Below are positions 37,020 to 51,750 of a DNA stretch of 64,000 nucleotides, piece after piece. Positions within the stretch are counted from its first letter, which is position 1, and the number at the start of each line of letters is the position of its first letter. The translations under genes were made by a program, and so were the position numbers. Source of the DNA: Eledone cirrhosa (lineage: Eukaryota); the NCBI GenBank assembly GCA_964016885.1, contig OZ024742.1:159650001-159714000 (forward strand). The letters are read 5' to 3'. The notes under the pieces are model-generated. The model made no database searches and was not told the origin of the DNA. It was given only the letters and a program-made list of their open reading frames with translations.

Positions 37020-40000
37020 ATGCTGGAATATCTGTACACTGTTGTATTTACCAAGCTCTGGTTGTCCTGTGCACAGCACTGCTCTAATTTGTAGGAAACT
37101 CTCGTTATAATGTTGATATTGTCACATTGTTTAAGACAAGGCTATCTGAGTCCAGTTACTCCTTGTTTTACAAAGGGAGGCTAGGTAACTGTATTGTGTC
37201 TGGCGCTGGCTTCGCTGTTAAAATGCACTTAGTGACACATCTAACAAAACTGCCCCATGGCTTTTCAGGTTGCATTATGTCATTGCGTTTACAGCTTGCT
37301 TTGAGACAGTTAATGACAGCGCCATAATTGCTAATGCACCAACTCTTGTTAGTCCACATGATGAAATAAACAGATTCTAAGATAAGTTGAGGTCAATACT
37401 GAAGAATTTTGATAAGAATAAGAAATTGGTATTTTGGGGAGATTTCAATGCCCGAATACTTGGTTCAGGCAGAAGGATAAATATAAGTCAACAGGAAACA
37501 CCCATGTTCAGGTAACTGGCACATTCTTGATTATGTGATTGTCAGAAGAAAAGTTATAGCAGGTATCAAGTCTGTTTGCGTGATACTGAGTATTGGACAG
37601 ATCATTGTCTCTTACAAGCCTCCTTATTGGTCACTGTCTGTCACAAGCGAAGTTGTGAGGGTGCAAAAGTTCTATGAGGCATGTCAAACTGAGGGTCCTG
37701 AGGACCACAAGAGTCACATGAAAACTAATTGCACACATTACAACTAATTTTACGAAAATAAAACCTGCTCACATTGTAAAAACCTTTGTGTGGGCCGCAT
37801 GTTTCACATACCTGCTGTAACACATTGATCTGTCTCAGTTAAAATGCCCAGGAAAACTTGGAAAATATCAAGAAGCAGTGTAAGCAATCAGCATCATTAG
37901 CATTGATGACCTATATAGCAGCTTTAGCAAGCAGCTCTATGAGGCTGCTGCCACTACACTTGATTTTGTTAACTCTTCAGCATTTACATTACTCTATATT
38001 TACTGTTATATTTTTGTGGTAAAAGCTTTATCTCACATAATACCGAATCTGAGATTTTGATATCATTTATTTTGAGAACAATACCTTAATATCTGTATGA
38101 GTGGCCGATTACAGCCAGTTTGAACAGAAAGAAGTGAGAGAATTCTGGCCTAATAAAGCTAGTTTAAATGTTAAAGGGTTAAATATAAACATCAAGATTG
38201 GTTTAAAGAAAACAAGGTACTTGTCACATCCCTCTTGAAAAAAAAGATTGCATATCACAAGATATTATCTTGTTTAATGCAGGGTAAAGAGCATAATAAG
38301 TTAGCGAAAGAATTTAGAGAGTGCAAAGGTCCAGTGTGAGTTTTGTGCAGCAAAGGATAAGTGGTGACATGAGAAGGCCCTGGAGATTCAGCCATCTGTT
38401 CACAGGTGAGACTCAAAATCTTTGTTCCACCAGTTGTGTGCTGTCCTTCATCTGTCTTTCGTTATTTTGTGAGCAAAGACTGGTAATGTGCTTTTTACGT
38501 AAGCCAGATGAAATTAAGATCAGATGACAGCAACATTTTAGTGATGTGTCAGTGGTCAGTTCTGTTATTTTTGACAGGCTTGAACAATCTCCTGTAAACT
38601 ATGAACTTGATGATGAAATTGCTTGAGCTGTGAGACTGATGAATACCAGAAAAACCTATGGGCATGATAACATCCTTGCTGAACTGATATAATAGGGCAG
38701 TGGAGAGATACTGGGTTTACTTTGTACCATCTATCATTGGATATTGGAGCAAAGGCATAACAAGAGTGGAGAGATGCCATTCTCGTGTCCTTGTATAAGA
38801 AAGAACCCAAGGATCGGTGTGATAATTTTTTGAAAAATTATTGCAAGGATATGTTTGAATCGTTTGCTGCACCATGTTACACATAACATTTTGCCTGAAT
38901 CACTATGTGGTGTTTGGCAGAACCTAAGGACAACAGATATGGTCTTTATAGCATGACAAGTTCAGAAGAGGTGTAGAGAGCAACAACTGGATTTATACTA
39001 GTGTTTTATTGATGTGACAAAAGCCTTGATGCCATTAATAGGCCAAATCTTTGGGGAATCCTGTTAAGTTCACAAGACTTATTCGATCCCTTCACGATAG
39101 GATGAAGGCTTGGGTATGTAACAATAGTGAACTGCTGGATCCCATCTCAGTTAATTCTAGAGTGAAGCAACATGATCATTGTTCACTGTCTTCTTTGCAA
39201 TTGTTGTCTTGCAGGCTTTTCTGACAGTGATTCTCACATATATATCCGGTATTGCACAATAGGAAAGATTTTTAACATCCGTCATTTTATCATTTTACAG
39301 CAGTAACAAAAACATTCATGTCCATGATTTGCAGCCTTCTGTATGCTGACGATTATGATCTTGTCACTCACACTGAGGCAGATCTTCAACAACTTTTTCG
39401 ACCTTATGTGTGGAATTCACTGTTACAATCAGCCTCAAGAAGACTGTTGTAATATATCAGCCAGCACCAGGCAAGTTGTATATCCCACCACCCATATAAG
39501 TGGATACATTGCTTACTTATGTAGCTCCCTATCCAGGTTTAATGTCCTTGATGAGGAAGACAATTATGGACTTTCTAAGGCTTGGGATGCATATGAAAGG
39601 CTTGAGTCAAGGCTCTAGTAAAAAATCTGTCGTAAGGTAGCCAACAAAAGTAGAGGTCTACAAACTTTTATCTTGACAACTTTGTTGTTTGGATGCGAGA
39701 CTTGGACGACATACTGCAGGCATATCCAGCACCTTGATTGCTTTTGCCAGCATTGCTTACATTCTCTATGAAAAATTTCATGGCAATCATATGTGCCTGA
39801 CACCAGAGTACTGCAGCTGGCCAATAAGCTGATTACTGAGACCATGATTATGAAACATTGACTTAAATGATCTGGTCACTTGGTCTGCTTAGGGAACACC
39901 CGCATGCCAAAACAAGTCCTGTATAGCAAAATGTTTGAGAGCAAACGACCCCAGTGCAAGCTGTAAAAATGGCACAAGGACTGCCTAAAAGACACAATTA

Positions 40001-40330
40001 AAAGGTTTTACATCGATACTAATACATTAAAAAACAACTAAATTACATATGCTGAGTTGAAAAAACCTGTTTAATATATGGAAGATATTAGCCTCCGGCC
40101 TGGGAAAGGAATGAATCTCTTTCATGCGATGAATGTGGCCGAGTTTACTTAATTAGCCACAAATGATGTCATAAAAACACCACCATCTACCAATATGACA
40201 TCCAGGTTGATTTCTCTTGCAAAGTGTATATGTTAGCCAGTGGACTCACTTGGCATTACAAATCTCAGCATCCCAAAAGGCAAGCTGCTGCATGAAAACT
40301 GACATGTGAGCATTCTGGTATAGCATACAA
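37020..40330 (+). mobile_element. Old RTE/BovB-like LINE, heavily decayed, containing a piggyBac-type MITE (~37970-38182)
   Basis: GAGFAVK, LGDFNAR, WHILDYVIV, LLYADD, TLLFGCETWT remnants. Confidence 0.78.
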
Positions 40331-41026
40331 GTCCCTTGCAGGTCTGTGTATCTGCACGAGGACGTTAAATGATGATGATGATACACACACACACACATCA
40401 TCATAATCATCATCATTTAATGTCTTCTTTCCCTGCATGTACATGTGTGACCTGTGTGCATATATATGAACAGATACAATGAGTCAATTAACGACTGATA
40501 GAAATTTAGATAGCCAAAAGTAAGCAGGATAGGCAGATCTAGATCTAGAGAGAAAAGAAAGGGAGATAAGAGAAAGTACATAACCATATATTACACTCTC
40601 TTACATATGCATAAGGTGGTTAATTTAGCAGAGTCATTAGAACATTGGGCATTTGTTCTGGGTCTCTGCATTCTGAATTCAAATCCCACTGAGGTCGACT
40701 TTGGGGTCAATAAAGGAAGTACCAGCCCAGTGCTAATGCAGCCATCTCTCCTTCCATCTGTCACACTCTGGATATTCTATTGGATCAGAGGAGGGAGGGT
40801 TGATGGGGTGTTTGTGTGTGCTCATGACTACACAGGTATCTAAAACCCTTAGTAAAATCATGTTACATATTATCAAACCAGACTAGATTGTGAATGATAT
40901 CTGTAGTTTTTTATACACACATATCATTCATTAGTATTTTTAATAGTTAGCTTATAATGATTATAACATAAACTAAAATACTAAAATAGGCATAATAAAA
41001 CTTTGTGACCATTGATTCTTTCACAG

Positions 41027-41368
41027 AATCCTTGAGCCTTAATCATTCCTTCATCAAATCCTTGAGATCCTTATCATCCCCTTCATTGAATCCTTAACCC
41101 CCTCATCAACCACTTCATCGAATCCTTGAGTCACTCATCAACTCCTTCATTGAATTTTTGAGTCCCTTATTCATCCCTTCATTGAATCATTGAGCCCCTT
41201 ATTATCCTCTTCATTGAATCATTGAGCCCCTCATCAACTCCTTCAGTGAATCATTGAACCCCTCATCAACCCTTTCATCGAATCCTTGGGCCCCTCATTG
41301 ACCCTTTCATCGAATCCTTGGGCCCCTCATTGACCCTTTCATCGAATCCTTAACTTTTCATCAACCCC
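41027..41368. repeat. 31-32-bp minisatellite, about 11 units
   Basis: Unit gaatccttgagcccctcatcaacccttcatc with variants. Confidence 0.9.
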
Positions 41369-42535
41369 ACATATGTACAAACATATCTAAGTAAATATAT
41401 AAATCAGTAAACAGCAAATAAAATAAATAGACAATAAAAACTAATTATATATAAATCAGAAAGCTGTATAAGCAAATTGTATTTTATTGTATTACTATTG
41501 CCATCAGTAATGATGGGAATACCACTGAAAGTACTTAATTTTTGGAGTCTAGGATTAGTATGCCATATATACCAGGATTCTTGGATATATGAACAATCAT
41601 ACAAACTGGTAAATTTTTGTTTTAATAAATTAATGATTTGCATAAGAGAAACCCTATAGAGTATGTTGATTGCTAACATCTAGAAGTGATATTTTAATAA
41701 TTTACTTCTAGGATATAATTACATAAACATTCAGCACATATCTAAAATGACATACAGGATTAAATGTATGAGTAATTTTTGAGAAATAACTAACAAGGAT
41801 AATCTAGGGTTTGAGCCCTGGACATTGTGATTAGAAAATGAACTTCTTATTGTAACAACGTGACTGATATAGGAAATGTACTCTGTGTATGTGTGTATAA
41901 ATTATAAAGAGTTACAGACATAGATACTTATAAATAAATATACGAACATACGTGTTGTGTTATTGTGGTTAGGATGGTGTCGTAAATTAGCAGAATCATT
42001 AAAGCACAGTTCGATTGACTCCTTGCGGTCAGTATTGACCACCTGGATGACCATTGCACTAAAATCTTTATAGCCACACTATATTGATTTCTTATTTGAC
42101 ACAAGGCCAACAAATTTGACAGAAGACAAATGTTGATTAAATCAACCCTGGTACTTTATTTCATCAACCCCTGAAAGGATGAAAGGCAAAATGGACCTCA
42201 ATGAAATTTGAACTTAGAATGTAAAGAGCTATAACAAATATTGTACTGGCATTTTACCCAACACTCTACCAATTCTACCAATCTATTATCCTTATCTCTC
42301 TCTTTTTACCTGTAACCCCTGCTGGTTTTGTAGGGGCACTGAAGTGACATATAGTGTTTCTTGGGCATTTTAAATCTGGCAGCGTGCATCTCTTCTCCAG
42401 GTTTGAACACAACTGATTTCTTCCAGACAAAGAGAGAGAGGGTGACAGAGAGGAAGTGATAAAGAAATGTAGAGGAAGAATTAACTCCAGTACTGGACTG
42501 GTACAACTCATTTTTTTTATCATCCACGAAAGAAT

Positions 42536-42920
42536 GGAGGCATATGGCTTAGTGGTTAGAGCTTTGGCCTTGCAATCGAAAGGTTGTGAGTTCAATTCTC
42601 AGACCGGGTGATGTGTTGTTTCCTTGAGCAAGACACTTTATTTCACATTGCTCCAGTTTACTCAGCTGTAGAAATGAGATGATAGGGACTGGGGTCCATA
42701 TCATTCCACTGCAAAGTGGTCATGGAGGTGCCACGGCAAAATAAAAAAAGCACCCAGCCCACACTGTAAAGTGGGCATGTAGGCGCCACTGAAAAAAAGC
42801 ACCCAGCACTCACTGTAAATGAGGTTGGTGTTAGGAAGGGCATCCAGCTGTAGAAATCAAGCCAGAATCAGTTCCCGTCCCACCCTTGCAAGCAGGGAAA
42901 AGCGGACGTAAAATGATGTA
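42536..42920 (+). mobile_element. tRNA/CORE SINE (family 2) with RTE-derived 3' part
   Basis: Head tggcttagtggttagag..gagttcaattc, CORE-like tccttgagcaagacacttt, aggaagggcatccagc segment and gat tail. Confidence 0.82.
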
Positions 42921-43674
42921 AGGATAAAAGGGAAAGTTGACCTTGACGGGATCTAATTTCAGAGCACAGAGAGCAGGAAAGAATAACACAAAGCATTTTA
43001 TCTAACATTCTAACAACTCTGTCAAATTGCTGCCTCTATCACCCTTATAGCCACACTATATTAAAATGTATTCATAACTTTTCTTGGTAGTTTTGTAACT
43101 TATAAACAAAAACATTGTATTCTGTACACTGCAACTTGTTTATTTTTTGTTATATTTTAAATTCCTGTATACAACTGAGATTTTGTGTTTTTGTTACTCA
43201 TAATACTTCTTGCTTACATTGCTTGCTGACAGTTGTTTATTGTGGAACATATTCCCACACTTGAATCTTTGCTTATGAATTCAACAGTGTTTATACAAGA
43301 GTACAAACATCTTATATGCTTCTTTTTCTCTCTTGACTCATAATTAACTTTCCATTTAACTTGTTTTCATCTAAATCTAGTTTGATTTTAAAAAGAAATG
43401 AAAGAGTAGAAATACGTAAGATACATAGATGCAGATATATATATATATAGAGAGAGATAGATAGATAAATAGATAGATAAAGGGGCGGGGGTTATTACAT
43501 AGCAGCTGATTTTCGTGAACAAGTGTTTCCTTTTACTGTAGACTTCAAGTAATATTGATCACATCATGATGACTGTTGACAAAATTTGGCTGACAACAAG
43601 AGCTGCCACAACAACAACAACAACAGTAGCCATAACAACATCATGACTCTATATCTGAGTAATTAAATATGGTT

Positions 43675-43970
43675 TGAAGGTGCATGGCTTAGTGGTTAGG
43701 GTGTTAAGTTCATAATTAGAAAGTTATGAGTTTGGTTCCTGCTCCAGGTGGCAGACACTTTATTTCACCTTCCAACAATCCACTTAGATGGAAAAAAATT
43801 AGTTGCACCTGTAGTTCAAAGGGTGAGCCTTGTTATTGACTGTGTCATGCTGAATCTCTCTGAGAACTACCTTCAATGTACATGTGTTGGGAATGCTTAG
43901 TCACTTGTATGTTAATTTCATGAGGAGGCTGTTTCATTAATCGAACCACTGGAACACTTGTCAAAACATT
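43675..43970 (+). mobile_element. Older tRNA/CORE SINE
   Basis: tggcttagtggttaggg head and agacactttatttcac; similar remnants at 46935-47250 and 49150-49310. Confidence 0.6.
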
Positions 43971-44399
43971 ATTTTAATGTGCAGTTCTAAATCTAAATTT
44001 TGTGCTGTTCTAAATTTAATTTTGTGCAGTTCTAATTCTAAATTTGTGTAGGGCACATCTAATTTTGTCTTTTACTCTTCTTTTTTGCCCACTTATTTCT
44101 GGGAGGTTTGACACATTCCAGCAGGCCTTATTAGAAATAATTGTCTCCAATTGATTTGGCTGGTTCCTCAAGTGAGACCAACCAAGCTCATGGATATTAT
44201 TCAACCATAGTACTCTTGGTCTACATGTGCGTCTCTTGCCTGTAAAACCTGCCCAGCAATTCTTTCCTTAGACATTATAAACATATGTTTGTAATATTGG
44301 ATCTGTGATCTCTGAGTTGGACAAGTAGCAACTCTACACGGAATGACTGCATGATCTCCAAGCTATATTGAGTAATGTTACTCCAAAGACCCTTTGGCA

Positions 44400-44830
44400 G
44401 GGCTTTTGGGAAGGATGAAATTTGCCTCAAGATGTTAAAAGCCTAAAATAGAGAAGGTATTATCTTGCTGACTGTTGTGTGTTAGGAGGCCTGGATTTCT
44501 GGAAAGGCACCTGAGCAATGGCAATCAAAAGTGATAATCCCAGTTCTCAAAATGCATGTCAAAATCCCCCAAAGGTGCATCCTGTCACCTCTCTTGTTTA
44601 TAATCTTCATGAACAGGATTAACATATGTAGCCAATTTGGAAGTGGTATCAGGACCAGCGGGTGTAGGATCAATCAGCTGGGATTTGTAGACAGCATGGT
44701 ATTACTTAACTTATTGGAAGGTAATCTCCAATATTCACTGAATAGGTTTGCTGCTGAAAGCTGCATGGCAGGAATGAAAATTAGTATTGGGGAGACTTAG
44801 ACACTTGTCATCTCAAGAAAGCTTGTGCAG
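44400..44830 (+). mobile_element. RTE RT fragment
   Basis: QRCILSPLLFIIFMNRI...GMKISIGET. Confidence 0.65.
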
Positions 44831-45985
44831 TGCACATCTAATTTTGTGTAGTTCTAAATCAATTTTTGTGCAATTTCAAGTCTAATTTTGTGCAATTTTA
44901 AATCAAACTTTATGCAGTAAGTGTACATTTTGTGTTAAATATTACATGCACTTAGATGATAAATTATGGTTAAAAGACTAAAATCACTTATAAAATGTCG
45001 GAAATATCCATTACAAACGCTTCTCAGGCTCAAAGTATATCAAACACTGGGTCATGGCATCTACCTCAGAGATTTTGGCAATTCTAAAATTTCTGTGAAA
45101 TAGGCTGGGTTAGTGCAGTATGTACACTCATGAAAATAATTATAGAAAATTAAAGAAAATGACAACATATTTCCTGAGGCAACATATAAAACATTACAAC
45201 AATAAGTATATAATTGAAATAGGCAACCCAGTAAAGATGAAAGACAACCTCTAACACAATGTAACAACATCACTCACAATAGAAATAACACCCAGTATCA
45301 AGTAACTAAATAAAGAAATGACAAACCAAAGCAAAGGAGAAAGCTGACATATATTCCAACTGCTTCAGAGGCAGTGTATTGGCAAATTGATTAGGGCATC
45401 AAATTAAAAATGCCTTATTATTTATTCTAGCTCGCTGCATTATAAATTCAAATCCCACCAAGGTCAACTTTCTCTTTCATTCTTTCATGGTCAGTAAATA
45501 AAGTACCAGTCTTGTAGTGGGGTTGATTCTCTCTCTATCTCAATTCCTCATTTCCTTTCTTTCATTCTCTCTTTCTTTCACTAGAAGAAATCAGCTGTGT
45601 TTTGACCTAGAGAGAAATGGGCTCTGCCAAGTTTAAAATACCCAAGACATGCCATGTGTCAGAATAGTGCCCCTATGACTTTATCAAGAGCTAAGAGTCT
45701 TTTACTTACTCATTAACCAGAAAACAAGCAATACAACAATAATGTACAAATTAATTAGCTACATCGAAATTGTAACAATGTCCACACCACAATTACAAAT
45801 TCTAGCAATCTACCCACCCTCCAACAGTTAGCAAATTCATTCATTTTTTATAGATTCTGTCCCAGAATCAACACTAACATAAAATACATATCTTCCCTCT
45901 TGGTCAGGCACAAACATCCTTCTTAAAGCAGTAGACTGCATGAGATATGACTCATCATAAGGTTAGCTGCACTGCTAAAAATATT

Positions 45986-46207
45986 TAATCCTTTAGCATT
46001 TAAATAGTCATATCCAACCATAATTCTCTCAACTCTTTCTGTTAAAACCAGCTGTAACTGGCCACTCATACTGATGTTATGGTATAGTTCTCAAAATAAA
46101 TTATATAAAAATCTCATAGTTATTATGTGAGATAATTATGTGAGGTAAAGTCTTTACCATGAAAATATAATAGTAAATATAGAGTAATATAAATACTAAA
46201 GGGTTAA
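45986..46207 (+). mobile_element. piggyBac-type MITE
   Basis: ttaa tcctttagca...tactaaaggg ttaa; internal sequence matches 30826-31258. Confidence 0.78.
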
Positions 46208-46476
46208 GGTACATGAAATTAGGCATTCCATTCAGAAAACATCCCTACGACTCCATCAGCAGTTACAAATCCATAAATATTTATCTGTGGTATTTTTTTA
46301 TGGCTGAAAGTGATGTTTGTGGCTGAAGTAAATAAAACAACTCATTCTAGTTGATGTTCTAACAACAATTCACTACTTCACCACAGATATAGAAAACAAA
46401 AATATTAAGGATTATTTGCTATTCCTCCATGGCATTAACATGGCTCTATTGAAAGACATTATAATTTTTTTATTTT

Positions 46477-46670
46477 AGGGCAGTGAATTGGCAGTATCGG
46501 TAGAGGATTGGACGCCATGCTTTCTAGCATATGTACATCCCAATAAAGTCTGAGTTCAAATCCTGTTGAGGTTAACTTTGCCTTTCATCCTTACGGGGTC
46601 AATAAAATAAAGTACCAGTAATGTACTGGGTAATTGCTGGCCTTGTGCCAAAAGTAGAAACAATTATTAT
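46477..46670 (+). mobile_element. SINE family 1
   Basis: Head, B-box, core and tail present. Confidence 0.85.
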
Positions 46671-47075
46671 TTTTTTGTTTAGTCACGTGCTCATAACACT
46701 TTTAAAGATATCTGAGAGGGAGGATCGGAAGTATTCCCACACCAGGGCAGAGATCTGAATGAACTAAGTTCACAACATGGTTTTGATACTGACTAATAGT
46801 TAACCCACTTCAGTAAAAACCATGGGACAGGCATGGATGTCACACCATCCCCAATCTCAACTCTCCATTTTAGCAAACCTGTGACATAATGAATGAAATA
46901 AACTATGTGTGTGTGCAGATAAGAGACATAGATGCAGGCATGGTTCCGTGGTTAAAGTTTCTTTCGCAACCATGTGGTTTCAAGTTCACTTCCACTGCGT
47001 GGCACCTTGAGCAAGTCCCTTGTGTTGGCCAGTGCCTTGTGAATGAAATTGGGTAGAAGTCCTTCGTGTGTAAAT

Positions 47076-47122
<47 letters not shown>

Positions 47123-47659
47123 AAGATAGGTAGGTACGTAGATATGTGTGTGATGTATGTTTACGTTTGTCTCTGTCTATGTCCTGTAACCTAGCGGTTC
47201 GACAAAACACAGATCTGGTTTGAGTGCTTGAAACAGAGTGAGCTCTGACTAAAACACCCCAAAGCTAGGTGGTGGTATTAAGCCAGGTGACAGATTAAGT
47301 CTGCCACTAAAGAACTCAGAGCACAAAGTACTTCGCAAGTAGATCAATGTAGGATTTGAACACAGAATGCAAAGAGCCTGAAGAACAAATATTGCAAGAC
47401 ATGTCATCTGATGCTCAACAATACCACTGTGCCAATTCCACCACCTTAGACTGTTACTTTATTTATCAACTCTGAAAGGATGGAATGCAAAGTTTGACTT
47501 CAGTGGAATTTGAACACAGAATGCAATGAGTTAGAATAAACACTGTAAAGTATTTCAGCCAACATTCTATCACTTCTTCCAATTTGATGTTTTAAAGTTT
47601 TCTCTAAAAATAAGACTTGCTGTCTTTACAAAACAAATATATGCAATTTAGTCTAGTCA

Positions 47660-47850
47660 TAATTGTTTCTACTTTTGGCATAAGGCCAGCAATTACCCAG
47701 TGCATAACTGGTACTTTATGTTATCGACCCCGTAAGGATGAAAGGCAAAGTTAACCTCGGCGGGATTTGAACTCAGAATGGCAACGGCCGTAACTCTATG
47801 CGTCAAAGCATGGCGTCCGACCCTCTACCGATACTGCCAATCCACCGCCC
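47660..47850 (-). mobile_element. SINE family 1, young
   Basis: TSD tttagtctagtcataat on both sides. Confidence 0.9.
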
Positions 47851-49329
47851 TTTAGTCTAGTCATAATGAGAGAAAATCGTTTATTACAGTTAAACTATTA
47901 GCCTTTGACATTAAATTTATCAGATAACAATAATGTTATAATATCAACAAATTTAATTATTGATTGTGAAATTTTATTATGGAAAAAACTTGTATAAATA
48001 AAATATATAATTATGTTTAAAATATCAACATCATCATTTTGTTTACTTCTCCATGCTTGCATGAGCTGGACTGGTCCTCTCCATCACATCATAAATAAAA
48101 AAGAAAATGGAGGAATTTAACTCTTATATAACCACAAGTAATTGTACGAAATGTTGCACATCATCATCATCATCGTTTTTCCATTTCTCCATGCTTGCAT
48201 GAGTTTTATGGGGTTTTTTTCCACTTATCACATTCCTTCATCATCTCCTCTACGAGATTCAGCTATTTGAGATCTGCTGTTACCACGTCTACCCAAATCT
48301 CCCTTTGTCTTCCTCTGTTGCTGCTACCTTCCACTGAGAATTCCTGCCATTTCTTCACCCAACAATCATCATCCATATGCATCACATGGCCCATACGAAC
48401 ACAGTTTTCTCCCTTGCAAACTACATTTGATTCCTCTTAAGCTCAGTTTCTCTCTTGGGTTTATTAATTCCTAAAATAGATGTAATCATATTAATTCATT
48501 ATATTTCCAATAAATTGATTTATAAAAATGCTGATAATCTTCAGTTTGTCTTGGAATCATTAATTCACTCTGGTTGTTGTATCAAAGTCATCAAAATAGT
48601 TCAATTTGAACTTCATAAAAATGTGCCAAAACAAAATATATAAAGAAATACAGAATCTAAAATATAATTTTGCTCATCATCATCATCACCACCACCACTG
48701 TTTAACGTCTTATTTTCCATGCTTGCATGGGTCAGACGGAGTGTCCATGTTATGAGACATGTCTAGCCAGTTGGCTGTGCCATACTTTGCTCAAACAGGA
48801 CTGTATTTTGGCTAGGTTTTTTACAGCTCAATGCCCTTCCTAAAACTAACTATGTTTACAGTGATATTATCATATATAAAATTTTCTCTTGGTAAACATA
48901 ATTTTTTCCTTCAATACATTGTAATAATTTACGTACAATCTCCCAATGTCTACTGTAGTGGGGGGTATACAATATTCACATTAATTTTTTTCTTTCGTGA
49001 GCTAAAAAGAAAACATTTCTGAAAAAGATACATAGTTTATGACTTTTTCTTTTAAAAGATGTGACACAACAAAACTTCAGCAATATAAGGGCAAAATGGT
49101 AGCCTACTTGGAATATGCATACATATGTACATACATTTGTATGTATGTTGTGAAGGCGGTAGCCTAGTGGTTAGATATTTCAGCTCACAATCGCAAGGTC
49201 GTAAGTTTTATTCTCGCAGTGTCCTTGAGTAAGACACTTTATTTTACAGTGCTCCAGTTCATTCAGCTGGCAAAAATAAATTGTAACTGTAATTTGAAGG
49301 GCCAACATGTTCATGAGTGATGGAAGGGA

Positions 49330-50105
49330 GGAGGCTGAATAAATTCAAAGAATTGTAGAAGCTGGTGCAGTAATGCACCAACTTCAGTATTCAGCAATCA
49401 GAAGGGAGGTAGGTATAAAGGCCAAATTCAGTATCTTAAATTTGGTATTCTTGCCAACTCTTATCTATGGTCATGAATCTTGGGTAATGACTGAAAGAAT
49501 ATGATCGCAAATACAAGCAGCCCAAATGTGGTTCCTCCAAAAGATCTTTGGAGTAACATTACATACTTTGGAGTAAGATTGGATACTACTTCCCTGAATT
49601 GAGAAATCACAGCTCCAATACTATGGGTATGTGGTAGAATGACTCGGGAAAGAATTGCTGGACAAATTTTACAGGCAAAACCATCCAGCAGAAGACCCAG
49701 GGATAGACCCCGAGCAAGATGGTTAAATAAGATCCATGAGCTTGGCTGGTAAATAAAAGATTTGTGCACAACACTGAGGCTTTACCCCCTATATTCATTT
49801 GTGAACACTATAATCAAACATAATAATTATGATTTAAAGTAATCATATTTTTTTTTCTTTTTGCTGAAGAGAAGTAGATATATATTAAACCAGAATTGTT
49901 GGTATTTGTTGTGTTTGTCATTTCTTCCACAACAAATAAACTTTGCTTCAGGATAACATCCATGAGCTTTGCTGGTCTCACTTGGGCCGGATTAGTTGGA
50001 GAGGGTTGCTTCTGACAGGACCCACTGGAAGGAGTGTTTCAGGACTCTGCCCCAACAATCCTTTCAGGAATAAGTGTGTGAAGAAGAAGTTGAAGATGAA
50101 GATAT
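49330..50105 (+). mobile_element. RTE 3' region with the same internal insert as 33605-34800
   Basis: LIYGHESWVMTERI; 49750-50020 is nearly identical to 34489-34760. Confidence 0.7.
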
Positions 50106-50190
50106 TCTTACTACTACAAGCATTTTAACAGTATTTTCCCTGTTAAAACAGGACCCTATGACAAGCTTCATTTTTCCCCATCATCTATAT

Positions 50191-50826
50191 CAAAGGTTCT
50201 CAAATTAGTTGCCACTCATCCCCCGGAGGGCATTGAGAAGATTGAGGGAGGTGCTGGGGCCTACAGGGGTGGGAGGTGGTAGAGATGATATAATTGTATA
50301 TTAAATATCAAATGATACATATATATATAAATATACTAAAATATATAAAATATATTTATTTATACATAGTATTTATTATATATCCTCCCACTTCCACCAA
50401 CACCACCCTTTCTCTGTAAAGTTATTTTGGTACCACAACATCCAGTCCACACTAAAGTAGTCGTGTAGGTGTCATTACAAAAAAAAACCCAGTCCACACT
50501 GTAAAGTGGTCATGTAGGAGACACGGTAAAAAGGCTCCCAGTCCACACTATAAATGTGGTTGGTGTTAAGAAACAGTTCTATATGAGTGAGACACATTCA
50601 CCCAACCAATCTTGCCTTAAGTGGGACAATTCCCATCTAACCCATGTTAGCATGGAAGATAGGCGTTAAACGATGATGATGATGATGATGAAATTAACGA
50701 TTTTATTTATTATATATTATTTACAATTTTCATGTTGTCAGGTCTCTCTGGAAATAGGGTTGGGTGGTACTGATGGTATTAAATGGCCATGAGGGGGCGG
50801 TGACCCCAAAAGTTTGAGAACCTCTG
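50191..50826. mobile_element. hAT (Charlie-like) MITE carrying an RTE-tail SINE fragment (~50400-50690)
   Basis: Terminal inverted repeats caaaggttctcaaa / tttgagaacctctg and an 8-bp TSD atctatat (50183-50190, 50827-50834). Confidence 0.85.
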
Positions 50827-51399
50827 ATCTATATCCTTCCTCACTAATTCCCTGGCTTTCATTTTCTCCTCTATCCTCTTTAATTATGCCTTTCTTGATC
50901 ATCTCCTTCCCCTATCTCCTGCATTCATTACTATCACTTCTTTCACCCAGACAATGTCATCCTTCCTCAATATCTGACTCAACCATCTCATTTCATTTCT
51001 CTTCATAACATTCATCACTGGTAATATTTTTATCATCCTCTACATTTCATTGTTTGTCTTGCTCCCTCTGAGCGATATTCCATTTATTCACGAAACCATT
51101 CTCATTTTTTCTCCTTCCATCCTTATCTGTTGCTCCAAATTCATCAGCCATGTCTCATTCCCATAAACTGAGAAAACTGTTGAACCCTCATACATTGATG
51201 CATGACAGGAGAGTCCATCATATGTATATATTGATGCGTGTTTCAGAAATATATTAATTATTCAATAAGATTAGGGAATTTCACAACAAACTACTTCGTA
51301 AAATGCCTTGGAAAACTAGTATAGGTCACTGAATCTCAACAAATTGAATATATGCTCTGGCATAAATTTCTTGTATTGTTATTTTACTTTTTGGAAAGA

Positions 51400-51750
51400 C
51401 ATCATCATCATCATCATCATCATTTTACGTCTGCTTTTCCCTGCTTGCAAGAGTGGGACGGAAACTGATTCTGGCTTGATTTCTACAGCTGGATGCCCTT
51501 CATAACACCAACCTCATTTACAGTGAGTGCTGGGTGCTTTTTTTCCATGGTGCCTACACGTCCACTTTGCAGTGGAATGATATGGACCCCCAGACCCTAT
51601 CATCTCATTTCTACAGCTGAATAAACTGGAGCAATGTGAAATAAAGTGTCTTGCTCAAGGAAACAACACATCACCCGGTCTGAGAATTGAACTCACAACC
51701 TTTCGATTGCAAGGCCAATGCTCTTACCACTAAGCCATGTACCTCCATGT
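51400..51750 (-). mobile_element. SINE family 2
   Basis: Reverse complement of 42536-42920 with (CAT)n tail. Confidence 0.85.

Noticed and set aside
41027-41368. CRISPR array or coding repeat
   Set aside because: No unique spacers, unit length is not a multiple of three, and the context is eukaryotic. The lack of spacers also rules out 57833-58225.
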